This document shows positions 35,046 through 44,907 of a stretch of 64,000 nt of DNA, in pieces (the stretch's first letter is position 1; every line of letters begins with the position of its first letter). The translations under genes were made by a program, and so were the position numbers. The stretch spans positions 566 through 64,565 of the forward strand of contig CAZWUB010000001.1 in assembly GCA_964637415.1 (NCBI GenBank). The letters are read 5' to 3'. The notes under the pieces were generated by a model. The model was given only the letters and a program-made list of their open reading frames with translations, had not been told where the DNA came from and ran no database searches. The stretch is from an uncultured Rikenellaceae bacterium. Its GTDB lineage: Bacteria; Bacteroidota; Bacteroidia; Bacteroidales; VadinHA17.

Positions 35046-36302
35046 TCAAACATTTTTAGTAACTGATCCGCTGCCGATCAGAAATTTCTCATCAGCGGAT
35101 GCTATCTTGATCGTGACTCTTTGATCTGAAATATTAATCATTGAATCAATTATTGCCGAGGCTCTCATTCTACCGGCAGTAAAGATGACCTGGCCGATCC
35201 TGTTCTTCTTCAGTATCTCATTGATATTATAAATATCTCCGGTATTATTTTTAACCGGATCGTTAATGCCGGCGCTTATCCTTACAGTTTTAGCCGGAAT
35301 GCCGACTGATAATAAAAATTCTGTAACCTTAATGTAACCATCATTATCTGAAACAATTGCAGTTTTAACAGGCCGTGCATTTCCGGATACTGCCTTGCGG
35401 GGATGAAAAATTGAAGAAATGCCTTTTGCAGCAGGAGTGAATATCCTTTTAAAGAACCTGTGGGTCACGGATAATCCTGCCCGGAAAAATATAGCTGTAC
35501 GGATCGCAAATGACAATTTTTTAAAATTGCCGTCATTGAAATGTTTCCGTACGAAAATAAGCATTGCCCTGTAGAAGTTGATAACAAAATCAATGTTTTC
35601 CTTTTTAGTACTTTCTCCCTTGAAATGGAGGACCTTTACTTCCGGATAATAGTAGTTTTTAAATCCTTCTTTAATTATCCTGTAGCTGTAATCGATATCT
35701 TCACCGTACATGAAAAAGCTTTCATCAGGCAGACCGGCCTTCAGGACAGCTTCCCTTCGCAGGAACATAAAGGCCCCGGCAATTACGTCAACCGAATGGG
35801 TTTCAGTACGATCAAGATCTCCCAGATAGTACCGGTTTAACCTGCCTGAACGGGGGAAGAGATATGACAATCCCGATATCCTGTAAAATGCTGTTTCAGG
35901 ATCAGGAAGTCCGCGTTTCGACTCAGGAAGAAATTTCCCTTTCCCGTTGATCATCATAACTCCCATGGCGCCGGCATCGGCATGCTTCTCCATGAAAGTG
36001 ATACATTTCCTGAATGTATCTTCACCGATAAAGGTATCGGGATTAAGCAGAAGCAGATATTTCCCTGAAGCCTGCTTAATAGCCTGGTTGTTTGCAGCAG
36101 CAAAGCCTTTATTATCCTTATTTGCAATCAGCTTAACTTCAGGATAGTCCCTCGTGACCAATGAACAGGACCCGTCAGGGGAATTATTGTCAACAACAAA
36201 TACCTCGCAGTTTATCCCTTCAGCAGCTTTTCTGACAGAAGAGAGGCACAGGTCGAGAAAATACCTGACATTATAGCTGACAATAATTACTGATAGTTCC
36301 AT
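35046..36302 (-). CDS. Family 2 glycosyltransferase
   Basis: LSVIIVSYNVRYFLDLCL ... VVDNNSPDGS ... NKGFAAANN. Confidence 0.8.
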   Translation of the reverse strand: MELSVIIVSYNVRYFLDLCLSSVRKAAEGINCEVFVVDNNSPDGSCSLVTRDYPEVKLIANKDNKGFAAANNQAIKQASGKYLLLLNPDTFIGEDTFRKCITFMEKHADAGAMGVMMINGKGKFLPESKRGLPDPETAFYRISGLSYLFPRSGRLNRYYLGDLDRTETHSVDVIAGAFMFLRREAVLKAGLPDESFFMYGEDIDYSYRIIKEGFKNYYYPEVKVLHFKGESTKKENIDFVINFYRAMLIFVRKHFNDGNFKKLSFAIRTAIFFRAGLSVTHRFFKRIFTPAAKGISSIFHPRKAVSGNARPVKTAIVSDNDGYIKVTEFLLSVGIPAKTVRISAGINDPVKNNTGDIYNINEILKKNRIGQVIFTAGRMRASAIIDSMINISDQRVTIKIASADEKFLIGSGSVTKNV

Positions 36303-36316
36303 AAAGTTAAGACTTA

Positions 36317-36396
36317 ACCACAGAGCACTAAGGTAAACACAAAGAACAATAAAGTAACCACAAAGAGCACGAAGGTAAGCACAAAGAGCACTAAGG
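36317..36396. repeat. One-armed direct array of CACAGAG/CACTAAG/CACAAAG/CACGAAG units
   Basis: The segment ccacagagcactaaggtaaacacaaagaacaataaagtaaccacaaagagcacgaaggtaagcacaaagagcactaaggg lies between two minus-strand genes. Confidence 0.75.
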
Positions 36397-36410
36397 GTGA
36401 TAAACGGTTC

Positions 36411-37025
36411 TTATTGCTGGTAGGGATTTCTGTTATTAAGCGCCCTGCCCAGTGTTATTTCGTCAGTATATTCAAGTTCATCACCCATTGCAACACCTCT
36501 TGCCAGAGTTGTGATGAAGGGATCATATTTATTTAGTCTTTTATAAAGATAGAAATTTGTTGTATCTCCTTCCATTGTGGTACTGAGGGCAAGAATGATC
36601 TCACTGATTCCTCCTCCTTTAACTTTTTCCTCAAGGGAATCTATTTTCAGATCTGCCGGACCAATACCGTCTATAGGTGAGATGATTCCTCCCAGAACAT
36701 GATAGAGTCCTCTGTATTGTCTTGTATTTTCTATTGCCATAACATCCTGGATGTTTTCGACCACGCAAATAAGTGATCTGTCCCTTTTCGGATCGTTGCA
36801 TATATTACAGATCTCAGTATCGGAAATATTATTGCAGACAGTGCAGTAATGGATTTCAGACCGGAGCTTTATTATACTTTCCCCGAACCGGATCACCTCT
36901 GCCGGGTTTCTTCGTAAAAGGTTCATCACAAGTCTGAAAGCAGTTTTTCTTCCTATCCCGGGAAGTGAAGCAAATTCATTTACAGCATCTTCCAGTAATC
37001 TTGAAGGAAATTCGGTGAAACTCAT
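36411..37025 (-). CDS. recR: Recombination protein RecR
   Basis: HhH motif [12 protein letters not shown], Cys4 zinc finger [16 protein letters not shown], and a Toprim region. I prefer the ATG at 37025 (MSFTEF) over the track's TTG at 37043. Confidence 0.9.
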   Translation of the reverse strand: MSFTEFPSRLLEDAVNEFASLPGIGRKTAFRLVMNLLRRNPAEVIRFGESIIKLRSEIHYCTVCNNISDTEICNICNDPKRDRSLICVVENIQDVMAIENTRQYRGLYHVLGGIISPIDGIGPADLKIDSLEEKVKGGGISEIILALSTTMEGDTTNFYLYKRLNKYDPFITTLARGVAMGDELEYTDEITLGRALNNRNPYQQ

Positions 37026-37143
37026 AGTCCGGTTTTTCAACAAAAGTAATTCATTTCTTTAATCTTGAATTGTTTTTAATTCCAACTGAGAATTTTCGAA
37101 CATGCATTCTTTTTAGTATCCTTGCAGATTAAAAATTTTTACT

Positions 37144-38607
37144 ATGTCACCCTACCTGATATTAGGAATATTCCTGGCTTATACGGTATTACTTTTTGGT
37201 GTAACATGGATCACTTCACGGAAAGCCGACAACCAGTCGTTTTTTATCGGAAACAGGGTATCTCCATGGTTTGTGGTGGCCTATGGTATGATCGGGGCCT
37301 CCCTCTCCGGTGTGACTTTCATGTCGGTCCCGGGCTGGGTCTCGGAAACACAGTTCAGCTACATGGCTGTTATCTTCGGATACCTGGTAGGCTATTTTGT
37401 GATCGCACTGGTGCTTATGCCCTTATATTACAGACTGAAGCTGACTTCAATTTATACTTATCTCGAAAGACGTTTCGGCTTCTGGTCATACAAGACCGGC
37501 GCCGGATTTTTTATTCTTTCAAGAACTCTCGGGGCTTCGCTGAGAATGTTCCTTGTAATAAATGTTCTTCAACTTTTTGTTTTTGATGCCTGGAACATTC
37601 CTTTCTGGGTTAACGCGCTTGTTTTTATTATCCTAATAATCATTTATACCTTAAAGGGAGGAATACGGACCATTATCTGGACCGACACACTTCAGACGAC
37701 TTTTATGCTTCTGGCAGTGATAATTTCGATATTTTATATAAGCAGAGACTTGCATGAGCCTGTGGGAAAGCTTATTTCAAATATCTGGGAGAGCGATATG
37801 TCGAGAATATTCATCACCGACTGGCATCATGAAAGGTATTTTCTCAAACAGTTTTTCTCGGGTATCTTTATTACGATAACAATGACAGGTCTCGACCAGG
37901 AGATGATGCAGAAAAACCTGAGCTGTAGGAACATAAAGGAAGCGCAGAAGAATATGTTCACCTTCAGCGGCATACTTGTTTTCGTTAACTTTCTCTTTCT
38001 GATGCTGGGCGCATTTCTTGTAATTTATTCACAGAGAAAAGGTATACAGGTTGCAATGACTGATGAGCTTTTCCCTACAGTTGCTCTTAAGTATATGAGT
38101 CCGGTTGCCGGAATAGTCTTTTTAATAGGTCTTATCTCAGCTGCCTTCCCGAGTGCAGACGGGGCTCTCACATCTCTTACTACCTCTGTCAGCATCGACT
38201 TTCTGGGTATTGATAAAAGAAAAGATCTTTCAGAAAAGCAGGCAAGAAGGATGAGGTATATTGTTCATCTGACAATAGCCTCGCTTTTCTTTATCAGTGT
38301 GCTTATTTTCAGTCTGGTGAATGATGAAGCTGTTATTGACAAGATTTTTACAATTGCCGGCTACACTTATGGTCCGTTGTTGGGATTATACACATTCGGA
38401 CTATTTACAAGGAGGAAAGTGAACGATCGCGTTACTCCTTTCATTGCAGTCCTGTCGCCTGTTATCTGTTTGATACTTAACGGATTCTCCGAGGAGTGGT
38501 TTAATGGTTACAAATTCGGATTTGAGATGATCCTGTTGAACGGCTTCCTTACATTTATGGGACTGCTCGCTTTCAGCAGGAATGATGCTGATCACCAGGC
38601 ACTCTGA
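37144..38607 (+). CDS. Sodium:solute symporter (SSF) family transporter
   Basis: 487 aa, about 13 hydrophobic helices, and an SSF-like N-terminus (FFIGNRVSPWFVVAYGMIGASLSGVTFMSVPG). Confidence 0.8.
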   Translation: MSPYLILGIFLAYTVLLFGVTWITSRKADNQSFFIGNRVSPWFVVAYGMIGASLSGVTFMSVPGWVSETQFSYMAVIFGYLVGYFVIALVLMPLYYRLKLTSIYTYLERRFGFWSYKTGAGFFILSRTLGASLRMFLVINVLQLFVFDAWNIPFWVNALVFIILIIIYTLKGGIRTIIWTDTLQTTFMLLAVIISIFYISRDLHEPVGKLISNIWESDMSRIFITDWHHERYFLKQFFSGIFITITMTGLDQEMMQKNLSCRNIKEAQKNMFTFSGILVFVNFLFLMLGAFLVIYSQRKGIQVAMTDELFPTVALKYMSPVAGIVFLIGLISAAFPSADGALTSLTTSVSIDFLGIDKRKDLSEKQARRMRYIVHLTIASLFFISVLIFSLVNDEAVIDKIFTIAGYTYGPLLGLYTFGLFTRRKVNDRVTPFIAVLSPVICLILNGFSEEWFNGYKFGFEMILLNGFLTFMGLLAFSRNDADHQAL

Positions 38608-38609
38608 GA

Positions 38610-39422
38610 TTATCTTATTCTGTTCACAGGCCGGTTGCCACCGAGGCTCTGGCTTCTTGTATTTACTTCCTGTTCAAGAAGTTCATCTTCATCTAGAGGT
38701 TCCTCAGGTTCCTCCAGTTTTATAGGTACCCTTATCTTTTTGAACGGGATATTCCACGAAATGAAATAGCCTATTCCGGCGCTGACTGATTCTCCTCCCG
38801 ATCCGTATCCCGGAATGTAAAGCGGTCTGATATCCTTTTTACTCAACGGATAAAGAAGCTTCCTCAGGCTTATCGACCAGCCTATACTGAAGTTATTGAA
38901 CAGCTCAGCCCTGAAACCGGGAGATATTTCAATAAAATGCCCCCAGCTTTTTCCTGGTTCTATCGATGAATTGATAGTTCCCCAATAGTCCTGGTGAACA
39001 AAAAGAGGTGTTTCGGATGTGAATTTGCTGATACCGTACCGGATACCTACTCCGGCCCAGTACCTGCCTGTTGCAACTTCAGGCTTTAAGAGGTTCAGGT
39101 CAATTCCCGCTTTAAAGAATAGTCCTTTACTTAAAAAATCATAATTATACTGTGAATACTTATAGTCGGAATATCCTGCACCCGCGAAAAGAGCCATTTT
39201 TTCATTTATATCGGCTGAAATGTATCCTTCAGTATTTAAAATATTCTTACCTGCAAAATAGATTATGGGACCCGTAATATCGATACCCGCCCTTATCTTA
39301 AGCTGAATATCAACAGAATCCTGCACTTTCTCACTTTCCTCCTCCTGGGCGCTTATTTCCCCTGTGAAAATAAAAATTAAAACCAGCAGATTAATAAAAT
39401 ATTGAAATGTTCGTCCCATCAA
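38610..39422 (-). CDS. Hypothetical outer-membrane beta-barrel-like protein
   Basis: Signal peptide, alternating aromatic and glycine beta-strand pattern, and an acidic C-terminal tail. Confidence 0.5.
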   Translation of the reverse strand: MMGRTFQYFINLLVLIFIFTGEISAQEEESEKVQDSVDIQLKIRAGIDITGPIIYFAGKNILNTEGYISADINEKMALFAGAGYSDYKYSQYNYDFLSKGLFFKAGIDLNLLKPEVATGRYWAGVGIRYGISKFTSETPLFVHQDYWGTINSSIEPGKSWGHFIEISPGFRAELFNNFSIGWSISLRKLLYPLSKKDIRPLYIPGYGSGGESVSAGIGYFISWNIPFKKIRVPIKLEEPEEPLDEDELLEQEVNTRSQSLGGNRPVNRIR

Positions 39423-39888
39423 GTGTTGTAATGTTCCTCAGATTTAAAGAGATTGAATCAATATTATGAAGTGTCGAATATACGGAATCTAAATTATGAT
39501 AATAAGTATAACCGCATTCTTTCGATATCAGGTGGACAAAAGTCGAATAGTTGAAAGATATTGTATCATTTATCCCGTTGATCCTGATCACAAAACTGCA
39601 ATTATCTTCAGAGGCATTAAGAGGGATAAGCGCCGGCTGGATATTTGGTGCTTTTTTATACCTGATAGAATCACTCCCTATCCCGTACAGTGTCAGGCTG
39701 TCCGGGGCAGTCATTTTTTTGCCGGAGTACAGGTAGAAAGAAGCTTTAACGTAAGCATTTGTTTCTTCGAAGCACGATCCCGTGGTACAGGAAACAGCCA
39801 GGAGCATGGCATATCCCATCAAAGCTCCCAAAATTATTTTAACATTGTTCTTCACTTCTTTCTTCTTACTTCTTACTTTAATGCTCAC
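39391..39888 (-). CDS. Hypothetical lipoprotein
   Basis: 165 aa with lipobox LLAVSCTTGSC. The only long start is the GTG at 39888, which sits inside the heptamer repeat tract. It overlaps the downstream gene by 32 nt. Confidence 0.5.
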   Translation of the reverse strand: MSIKVRSKKKEVKNNVKIILGALMGYAMLLAVSCTTGSCFEETNAYVKASFYLYSGKKMTAPDSLTLYGIGSDSIRYKKAPNIQPALIPLNASEDNCSFVIRINGINDTISFNYSTFVHLISKECGYTYYHNLDSVYSTLHNIDSISLNLRNITTLDGTNISIFY

Positions 39889-40096
39889 AACTCACAACTC
39901 ACAACTCACAACTCACTCTTTATTCCTTTACCCACCCCCAACCCCTCCTCTGCTCATCTTCCACTCTCATCTCTCGTTTATTCTTAAGTATTCGGTATTC
40001 AGTATTCAGTATTCAGTATTCGGTATTCGGTATTCGGTATTCAGTAACCGATTACCGATTACCGATTACCGATTACCGTTCACCTCTCACCTCTCA
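39884..40096. repeat. Compound heptanucleotide microsatellite (four different 7-mer arrays)
   Basis: CTCACAA x4.7 (39884-39916), GTATTC[AG] x8.4 (39988-40046), ACCGATT x4 plus a partial unit (40047-40080), and CACCTCT x2.3 (40081-40096). Confidence 0.9.
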
Positions 40097-40120
40097 ACGC
40101 TCATAACTCACAACTTTCTT

Positions 40121-42757
40121 TCAGCCAACAATCTTCCTTACAAACTCCTCTGCCTTAAGTATCGCCTTCATGATACCGTCGGGATTTTTTCCTCCTGCCG
40201 TTGCAAGGAAGGGTTGGCCTCCACCGCCACCATCGATTTCAGGGGCTATTTCCTTTATTATACCAGCGGCGCTGATCTTCCTGATATTTACAAGATTGTC
40301 ACTTACAACTACAACAAGGCTTGCCTTTCCTGCAATCGGGGAACCTAGAACTGCAATAATGTCGCCGGGATTTTTCCTCAGCTCGATTGCAATTGTTTTT
40401 AGAGTATCCGCCGAATCTGCATCCACCTGTCCGGAAATAAAACTGATATCGTTTATCTTTATTGCTTTGGCCAGAAGTTGCTGCAGGGATCCTTTTGCAG
40501 ATTGTGATTTGAATTTTTCGATAGTTTTACGGAGGCCTGAATTTTCGGTTATAAGCTTTTCAACACTTTCTTTAATATTAACCGGGCTTTTGAGCAAAAC
40601 AGCAATCTCTTCAAGAGCAGCAATTTTTTCATTAATATATTCGTCGGCACGCGGACCGGTTACAGCTTCAATCCTTCTTACCCCTGCAGCGATAGCTCCC
40701 TCGGATACTATTTTGATCAGTCCTATACTGGCAGTTGAATCAACGTGAGTCCCTCCGCAGAGTTCAACAGAATCGCCGAACTGGACGACCCTGACAGTCT
40801 CGCCGTATTTTTCACCGAACAGTGCCATAGCACCCATTGAAAGGGCATTCTTTAATTGTATATTTTCGGTGACCTTTCTGGAATGGTTATTTCTTACAAG
40901 CTGGTTTGCAATTTCTTCAACCTTTAAAATCTCTTCCCTTGTCATCCGGCTGAAGTGACTGAAGTCGAAACGGAGCCTGTCGGGTGTGACAAGAGATCCT
41001 TTTTGTTCGACATGAGTGCCCAGTACATTACGGAGTGCATAATGAAGAAGGTGAGTGGCAGTGTGATTATTTGCTGCCATCTGTCTTTTCTCAGTATTTA
41101 CCTGTGCTGTGAACGATCCGTCGGGATGTGTGGGGATCTTCTTTGCAATATGAATAATAAGGTCGTTCTCCTTTATTGTATCTGTTATATCGATTTTTTC
41201 ATGTTCCGAAGAAATATATCCCGTATCTCCTGACTGGCCTCCGGATTCGGCATAGAAGGGTGTTTTGTCAAAGACCAGCTGACAGATCTCCTTTCCTTTC
41301 GATTTAACGATCCGGTATTTCCTAATAAGGATATTATCAACAGTTTTTTCATAGCCTGTAAAGATTGTATCATCACCTTCTCTTACTATTTGCCAATCGC
41401 CTGCATCATGTGCGCCATCTTCACGTGAACGGTTTTTCTGGTTTTTCATTTCTTTCTCAAAGCCCTCAGTATCAAGTGACATTCCGTTTTCTCTGAGGAT
41501 CAGCTGGGTGAGATCGACTGGGAATCCGAATGTGTCATAAAGTTCGAAGGCAACCCTTCCGGGCAGAATAGATTTTTTCTCCTTTTTAAGGTCCGGGATA
41601 ATCTTCCCGATCATTTTAAGTCCTTTTCCGAGAGTTTTCAGAAATGCAGTCTCTTCTTCATGGATGATCTTCGATATCTGTTCCTCCGAAGCTCTTAGTT
41701 CGGGATACTGGTCACCCATAACAGATGCAAGTACAGGTACAAGCCTGTAAATGAAAGGATCTTCTGTTCCAAGGTAATTATATGCATACCTGACAGCCCT
41801 TCTTAATATCCTGCGGATCACATAACCGGCTTTATTGTTTGAAGGAAGCTGTCCGTCGGCTATCGAAAATGATACAGCTCTCAGGTGGTCGGCAATAACA
41901 CGCATGGCAATGTCCTGGTCTTCTCTTTCACCGTATTTCTTTCCTGTTACCGAAGCGATCTCATTAATTATTGACTGGAAGATGTCGGTATCGTAATTTG
42001 ATTTTTTACCCTGGACAACCATGCAAAGTCTTTCGAATCCCATTCCAGTGTCAACATGTTTGTCGGGAAGCAATTCCAGCGATCCGTCCGCTTTCCTGTT
42101 AAATTGAATAAATACAAGGTTCCATATTTCTATTACAAGCGGGTGGCCCGTATTAACAAGAGTACTGCCGGGTATTTTTTCCCGTTCGCTGTTTTCGCGG
42201 AGATCGACATGGATCTCAGAGCATGGTCCGCATGGCCCCGTTTCACCCATTTCCCAGAAATTATCTTTTTTTGATCCTTCAAGGATCTTTCCCGGCATTG
42301 ATGGAAAACATTTCTGCCAGTAGCTGAAGGCTTCGTCATCACGGGGAACATTTTCTTCAGGACTGCCGCTGAAGATAGTGGCATAGATCCTGTCCTGAGG
42401 GATCTTCAGGCTGACAGTGAGGAACTCCCATGCCCATTCTATAGCTTCCTTCTTGAAATAATCCCCGAAAGACCAGTTCCCAAGCATCTCAAACATAGTA
42501 TGGTGATATGTATCATGGCCTACCTCTTCGAGATCGTTATGCTTGCCCGATACTCTCAGACATTTCTGTGAATCGGCCACCCTTTTATTTTTTGGCCGGG
42601 TATTGCCGAGAAAAATATCCTTGAACTGATTCATCCCGGCATTTGTGAACATAAGAGTCGGATCATTTTTTACAACCATTGGTGCCGAACTTACTATCTC
42701 ATGCTCCTTTGACCGGAAAAAATCAAAAAATATCTGTCTCAGCTGCTGTGAATTCAT
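40121..42757 (-). CDS. alaS: Alanine--tRNA ligase
   Basis: 878 aa. FTNAGMNQFK, the HTATHLL editing-domain motif, and a C-terminal DHHA1-like GGGGGQP segment. Confidence 0.95.
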   Translation of the reverse strand: MNSQQLRQIFFDFFRSKEHEIVSSAPMVVKNDPTLMFTNAGMNQFKDIFLGNTRPKNKRVADSQKCLRVSGKHNDLEEVGHDTYHHTMFEMLGNWSFGDYFKKEAIEWAWEFLTVSLKIPQDRIYATIFSGSPEENVPRDDEAFSYWQKCFPSMPGKILEGSKKDNFWEMGETGPCGPCSEIHVDLRENSEREKIPGSTLVNTGHPLVIEIWNLVFIQFNRKADGSLELLPDKHVDTGMGFERLCMVVQGKKSNYDTDIFQSIINEIASVTGKKYGEREDQDIAMRVIADHLRAVSFSIADGQLPSNNKAGYVIRRILRRAVRYAYNYLGTEDPFIYRLVPVLASVMGDQYPELRASEEQISKIIHEEETAFLKTLGKGLKMIGKIIPDLKKEKKSILPGRVAFELYDTFGFPVDLTQLILRENGMSLDTEGFEKEMKNQKNRSREDGAHDAGDWQIVREGDDTIFTGYEKTVDNILIRKYRIVKSKGKEICQLVFDKTPFYAESGGQSGDTGYISSEHEKIDITDTIKENDLIIHIAKKIPTHPDGSFTAQVNTEKRQMAANNHTATHLLHYALRNVLGTHVEQKGSLVTPDRLRFDFSHFSRMTREEILKVEEIANQLVRNNHSRKVTENIQLKNALSMGAMALFGEKYGETVRVVQFGDSVELCGGTHVDSTASIGLIKIVSEGAIAAGVRRIEAVTGPRADEYINEKIAALEEIAVLLKSPVNIKESVEKLITENSGLRKTIEKFKSQSAKGSLQQLLAKAIKINDISFISGQVDADSADTLKTIAIELRKNPGDIIAVLGSPIAGKASLVVVVSDNLVNIRKISAAGIIKEIAPEIDGGGGGQPFLATAGGKNPDGIMKAILKAEEFVRKIVG

Positions 42758-42881
42758 CTTTTTTTTATGTATCCGTGTAACATTTTGAAATAATAGCCGT
42801 AAATTGGTTTGTAAAATTAAATTATTTGATTAGATTTGAACTCTTCGGCTATAAAATATTCCAATTCCATAAGTGTGGAGT

Positions 42882-43844
42882 ATGATAAAAAAGAATTACT
42901 ATCTTGATCTTAATGATTTGCAGTATAAGCAAGTAAAGCTTCCGTGGAAAGAAAAGCTTTTAAAGGCGCTGCTGTGGTTTGGAGTTACTGTTGTTATTAC
43001 AATAATATATTCCGCAATCTTCCATTATTATTTCGGTTCGCCTAAAGAAAAGATTCTGAACCAGCAGGTCTCAGATCTGAAGTTCAGTTATTCAATTGCG
43101 AACAAGGAACTTGATAACACGATGGCGATGATCAGCGATCTCAGGATGTCTGATGAAGTCAGATACCGTCCCATCCTTGCAATGGAAGGTGTGCCTGAAT
43201 CATTCAGGAATCCCGGGTTCGGAGGTGTTGACAGGTTCAGGGATCTTAACGGATTCCCGACATCTGAACTTATGAGATCGACCAGGACGAGGCTTGAAGA
43301 GATGAAGAATATGGTTGAAGTTCAGCAGACATCATTTAAGGAAATTGTTGAAAAAGAAGCGGAATGGTCAAGAATGTATAATTATCTTCCTCTTATCTGT
43401 CCGGTATCAGTAACAATAAGGAGAGGTGACGGACTTAAGTTCAGGGAGGTACATCCGGTATTGGGTACATCACAATGGCACCATGGACAGGATTTCAGTG
43501 CGCCATACGGAACAGAAGTATATGCTACAGGTAACGGTAAGGTGATTGAATCAGGCTGGAATAATGGCGGCTTCGGAAATTATGTAGTTATCGATCACGG
43601 ATACGGATACCAGACAACTTACGGCCATCTGAGTGAAATAAAAGTTGCCCGGGGAACAGAGGTAAAACGCGGAGACCTTATAGCACTTACAGGAAGCACA
43701 GGCATATCATCAGGGCCCCACCTGCATTATCAGATCGATTTCTACGGAAGGCACCAGAATCCGCTTCATTTTTTCAACGACGACCTGAGCTCGGAGGAAT
43801 ATTACGAGATGATCAGCCTGCTTACTTCAAGCAAGAAATTCTGA
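42882..43844 (+). CDS. M23-family metallopeptidase with an N-terminal TM anchor
   Basis: HHGQDFSAPYGTEVYA ... GPHLHYQI. I prefer the ATG at 42882 over the track's GTG at 42873. Confidence 0.85.
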   Translation: MIKKNYYLDLNDLQYKQVKLPWKEKLLKALLWFGVTVVITIIYSAIFHYYFGSPKEKILNQQVSDLKFSYSIANKELDNTMAMISDLRMSDEVRYRPILAMEGVPESFRNPGFGGVDRFRDLNGFPTSELMRSTRTRLEEMKNMVEVQQTSFKEIVEKEAEWSRMYNYLPLICPVSVTIRRGDGLKFREVHPVLGTSQWHHGQDFSAPYGTEVYATGNGKVIESGWNNGGFGNYVVIDHGYGYQTTYGHLSEIKVARGTEVKRGDLIALTGSTGISSGPHLHYQIDFYGRHQNPLHFFNDDLSSEEYYEMISLLTSSKKF

Positions 43845-43935
43845 TCCCTATCGCCATAAGGCTGACAAGCAAATCATAAGTGTGTTAAAAAAATGCAGTT
43901 TTGTATTTTCATTTATTGATTATCTTTGTATTGTT

Positions 43936-44907
43936 ATGCCGAAATCCAAATATAAATTTAATCCCGAATCCCTTAGTTTCGACAAGGTTCGACTTGGCGC
44001 TAAGGAAATGTTACTCAGGCTTCTGGCATTCTTTGTCGGATCCCTCCTGGTAGCTGTTGTTTATTACGTGGTGTTTGCCATTTTTTTCGATTCACCCAAG
44101 GAGAAAGCCCTGTTAAGGGAAATCGACCAGCTATCACTTCAGTATGAACTTATTCAGAGAGATATGGGGAATCTTGAAAAGGTTATAGTTCAGCTCCAGG
44201 AAACTGATGATAACCTTTACAGGACCATTTTCGAAGCTGAACCGATACCGGTTACTTTACGTGAAGGAGGTGTCGGTGGAGTGAACAGATATAAAGAGCT
44301 TGAAGGATTCAGCAATTCTGATATCATTGTTGAAACAACAAAAAAGCTCGACAGACTGCGGAAACAAATTTATATGCAGTCGAAATCATTCGACGAACTT
44401 ATAGCTCTGTCAAAAAATAAGGAAGAGATGCTGGGAGCAATACCCGCAATACTTCCGATAAGCAATAAAGACCTTACCCGGACAGCCTCAGGCTTCGGTA
44501 ACAGGGTTCACCCGATTTATAAAATTATTAAGTTCCACGCCGGAATGGATTTTACAGCTCCTACCGGTACCGAAATATATGCAACCGGCAACGGAGTTAT
44601 CGCATCAGTCAATTCATCCAAAAGAGGCCTCGGGAATCATATAATTATTAATCACGGTTACGGCTATTCAACGATCTATGCTCATCTCGACAGCTTCAAT
44701 GTCCGCTCCGGTCAGAAAGTAGAAAGGGGAGATGTGATAGGTTTTGTAGGAAGTACCGGTCTGTCAATTGCGCCCCATCTTCATTATGAAGTAAAACTCA
44801 ACGGAGTAAATGTTGATCCGGTTAATTATTATTTCAACGATCTTTCCGCTGAGGAATATGAACGTATGATCGAAATAGCCTCTAAAACCGGCCAGTCCTT
44901 TGATTAA
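43936..44907 (+). CDS. M23-family metallopeptidase, tandem paralogue
   Basis: HAGMDFTAPTGTEIYA ... APHLHYEV. I prefer the ATG at 43936 (MPKSKYKF) over the track's GTG at 43882. Confidence 0.85.
   Translation: MPKSKYKFNPESLSFDKVRLGAKEMLLRLLAFFVGSLLVAVVYYVVFAIFFDSPKEKALLREIDQLSLQYELIQRDMGNLEKVIVQLQETDDNLYRTIFEAEPIPVTLREGGVGGVNRYKELEGFSNSDIIVETTKKLDRLRKQIYMQSKSFDELIALSKNKEEMLGAIPAILPISNKDLTRTASGFGNRVHPIYKIIKFHAGMDFTAPTGTEIYATGNGVIASVNSSKRGLGNHIIINHGYGYSTIYAHLDSFNVRSGQKVERGDVIGFVGSTGLSIAPHLHYEVKLNGVNVDPVNYYFNDLSAEEYERMIEIASKTGQSFD

Noticed and set aside
37122-37586. 154-aa ORF overlapping the 5' part of the symporter gene in another frame
   Set aside because: The alternative frame at 37144..38607 encodes a full-length, typical SSF transporter. 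The 154-aa product has no membrane or other recognisable features.
39884-40096. Possible CRISPR array, suggested by the many short repeats
   Set aside because: The units are 7 nt long and directly tandem with no unique spacers, and there are no cas genes in the window. This is a microsatellite cluster, not a CRISPR array.
39496-40348. Plus-strand ORFs 39496..39987 and 39782..40348, with repetitive peptides such as TTHNSQLTTH
   Set aside because: These are read through the microsatellite tract and run antisense to real genes. The repetitive peptides are an artefact of translating the heptamer repeats.
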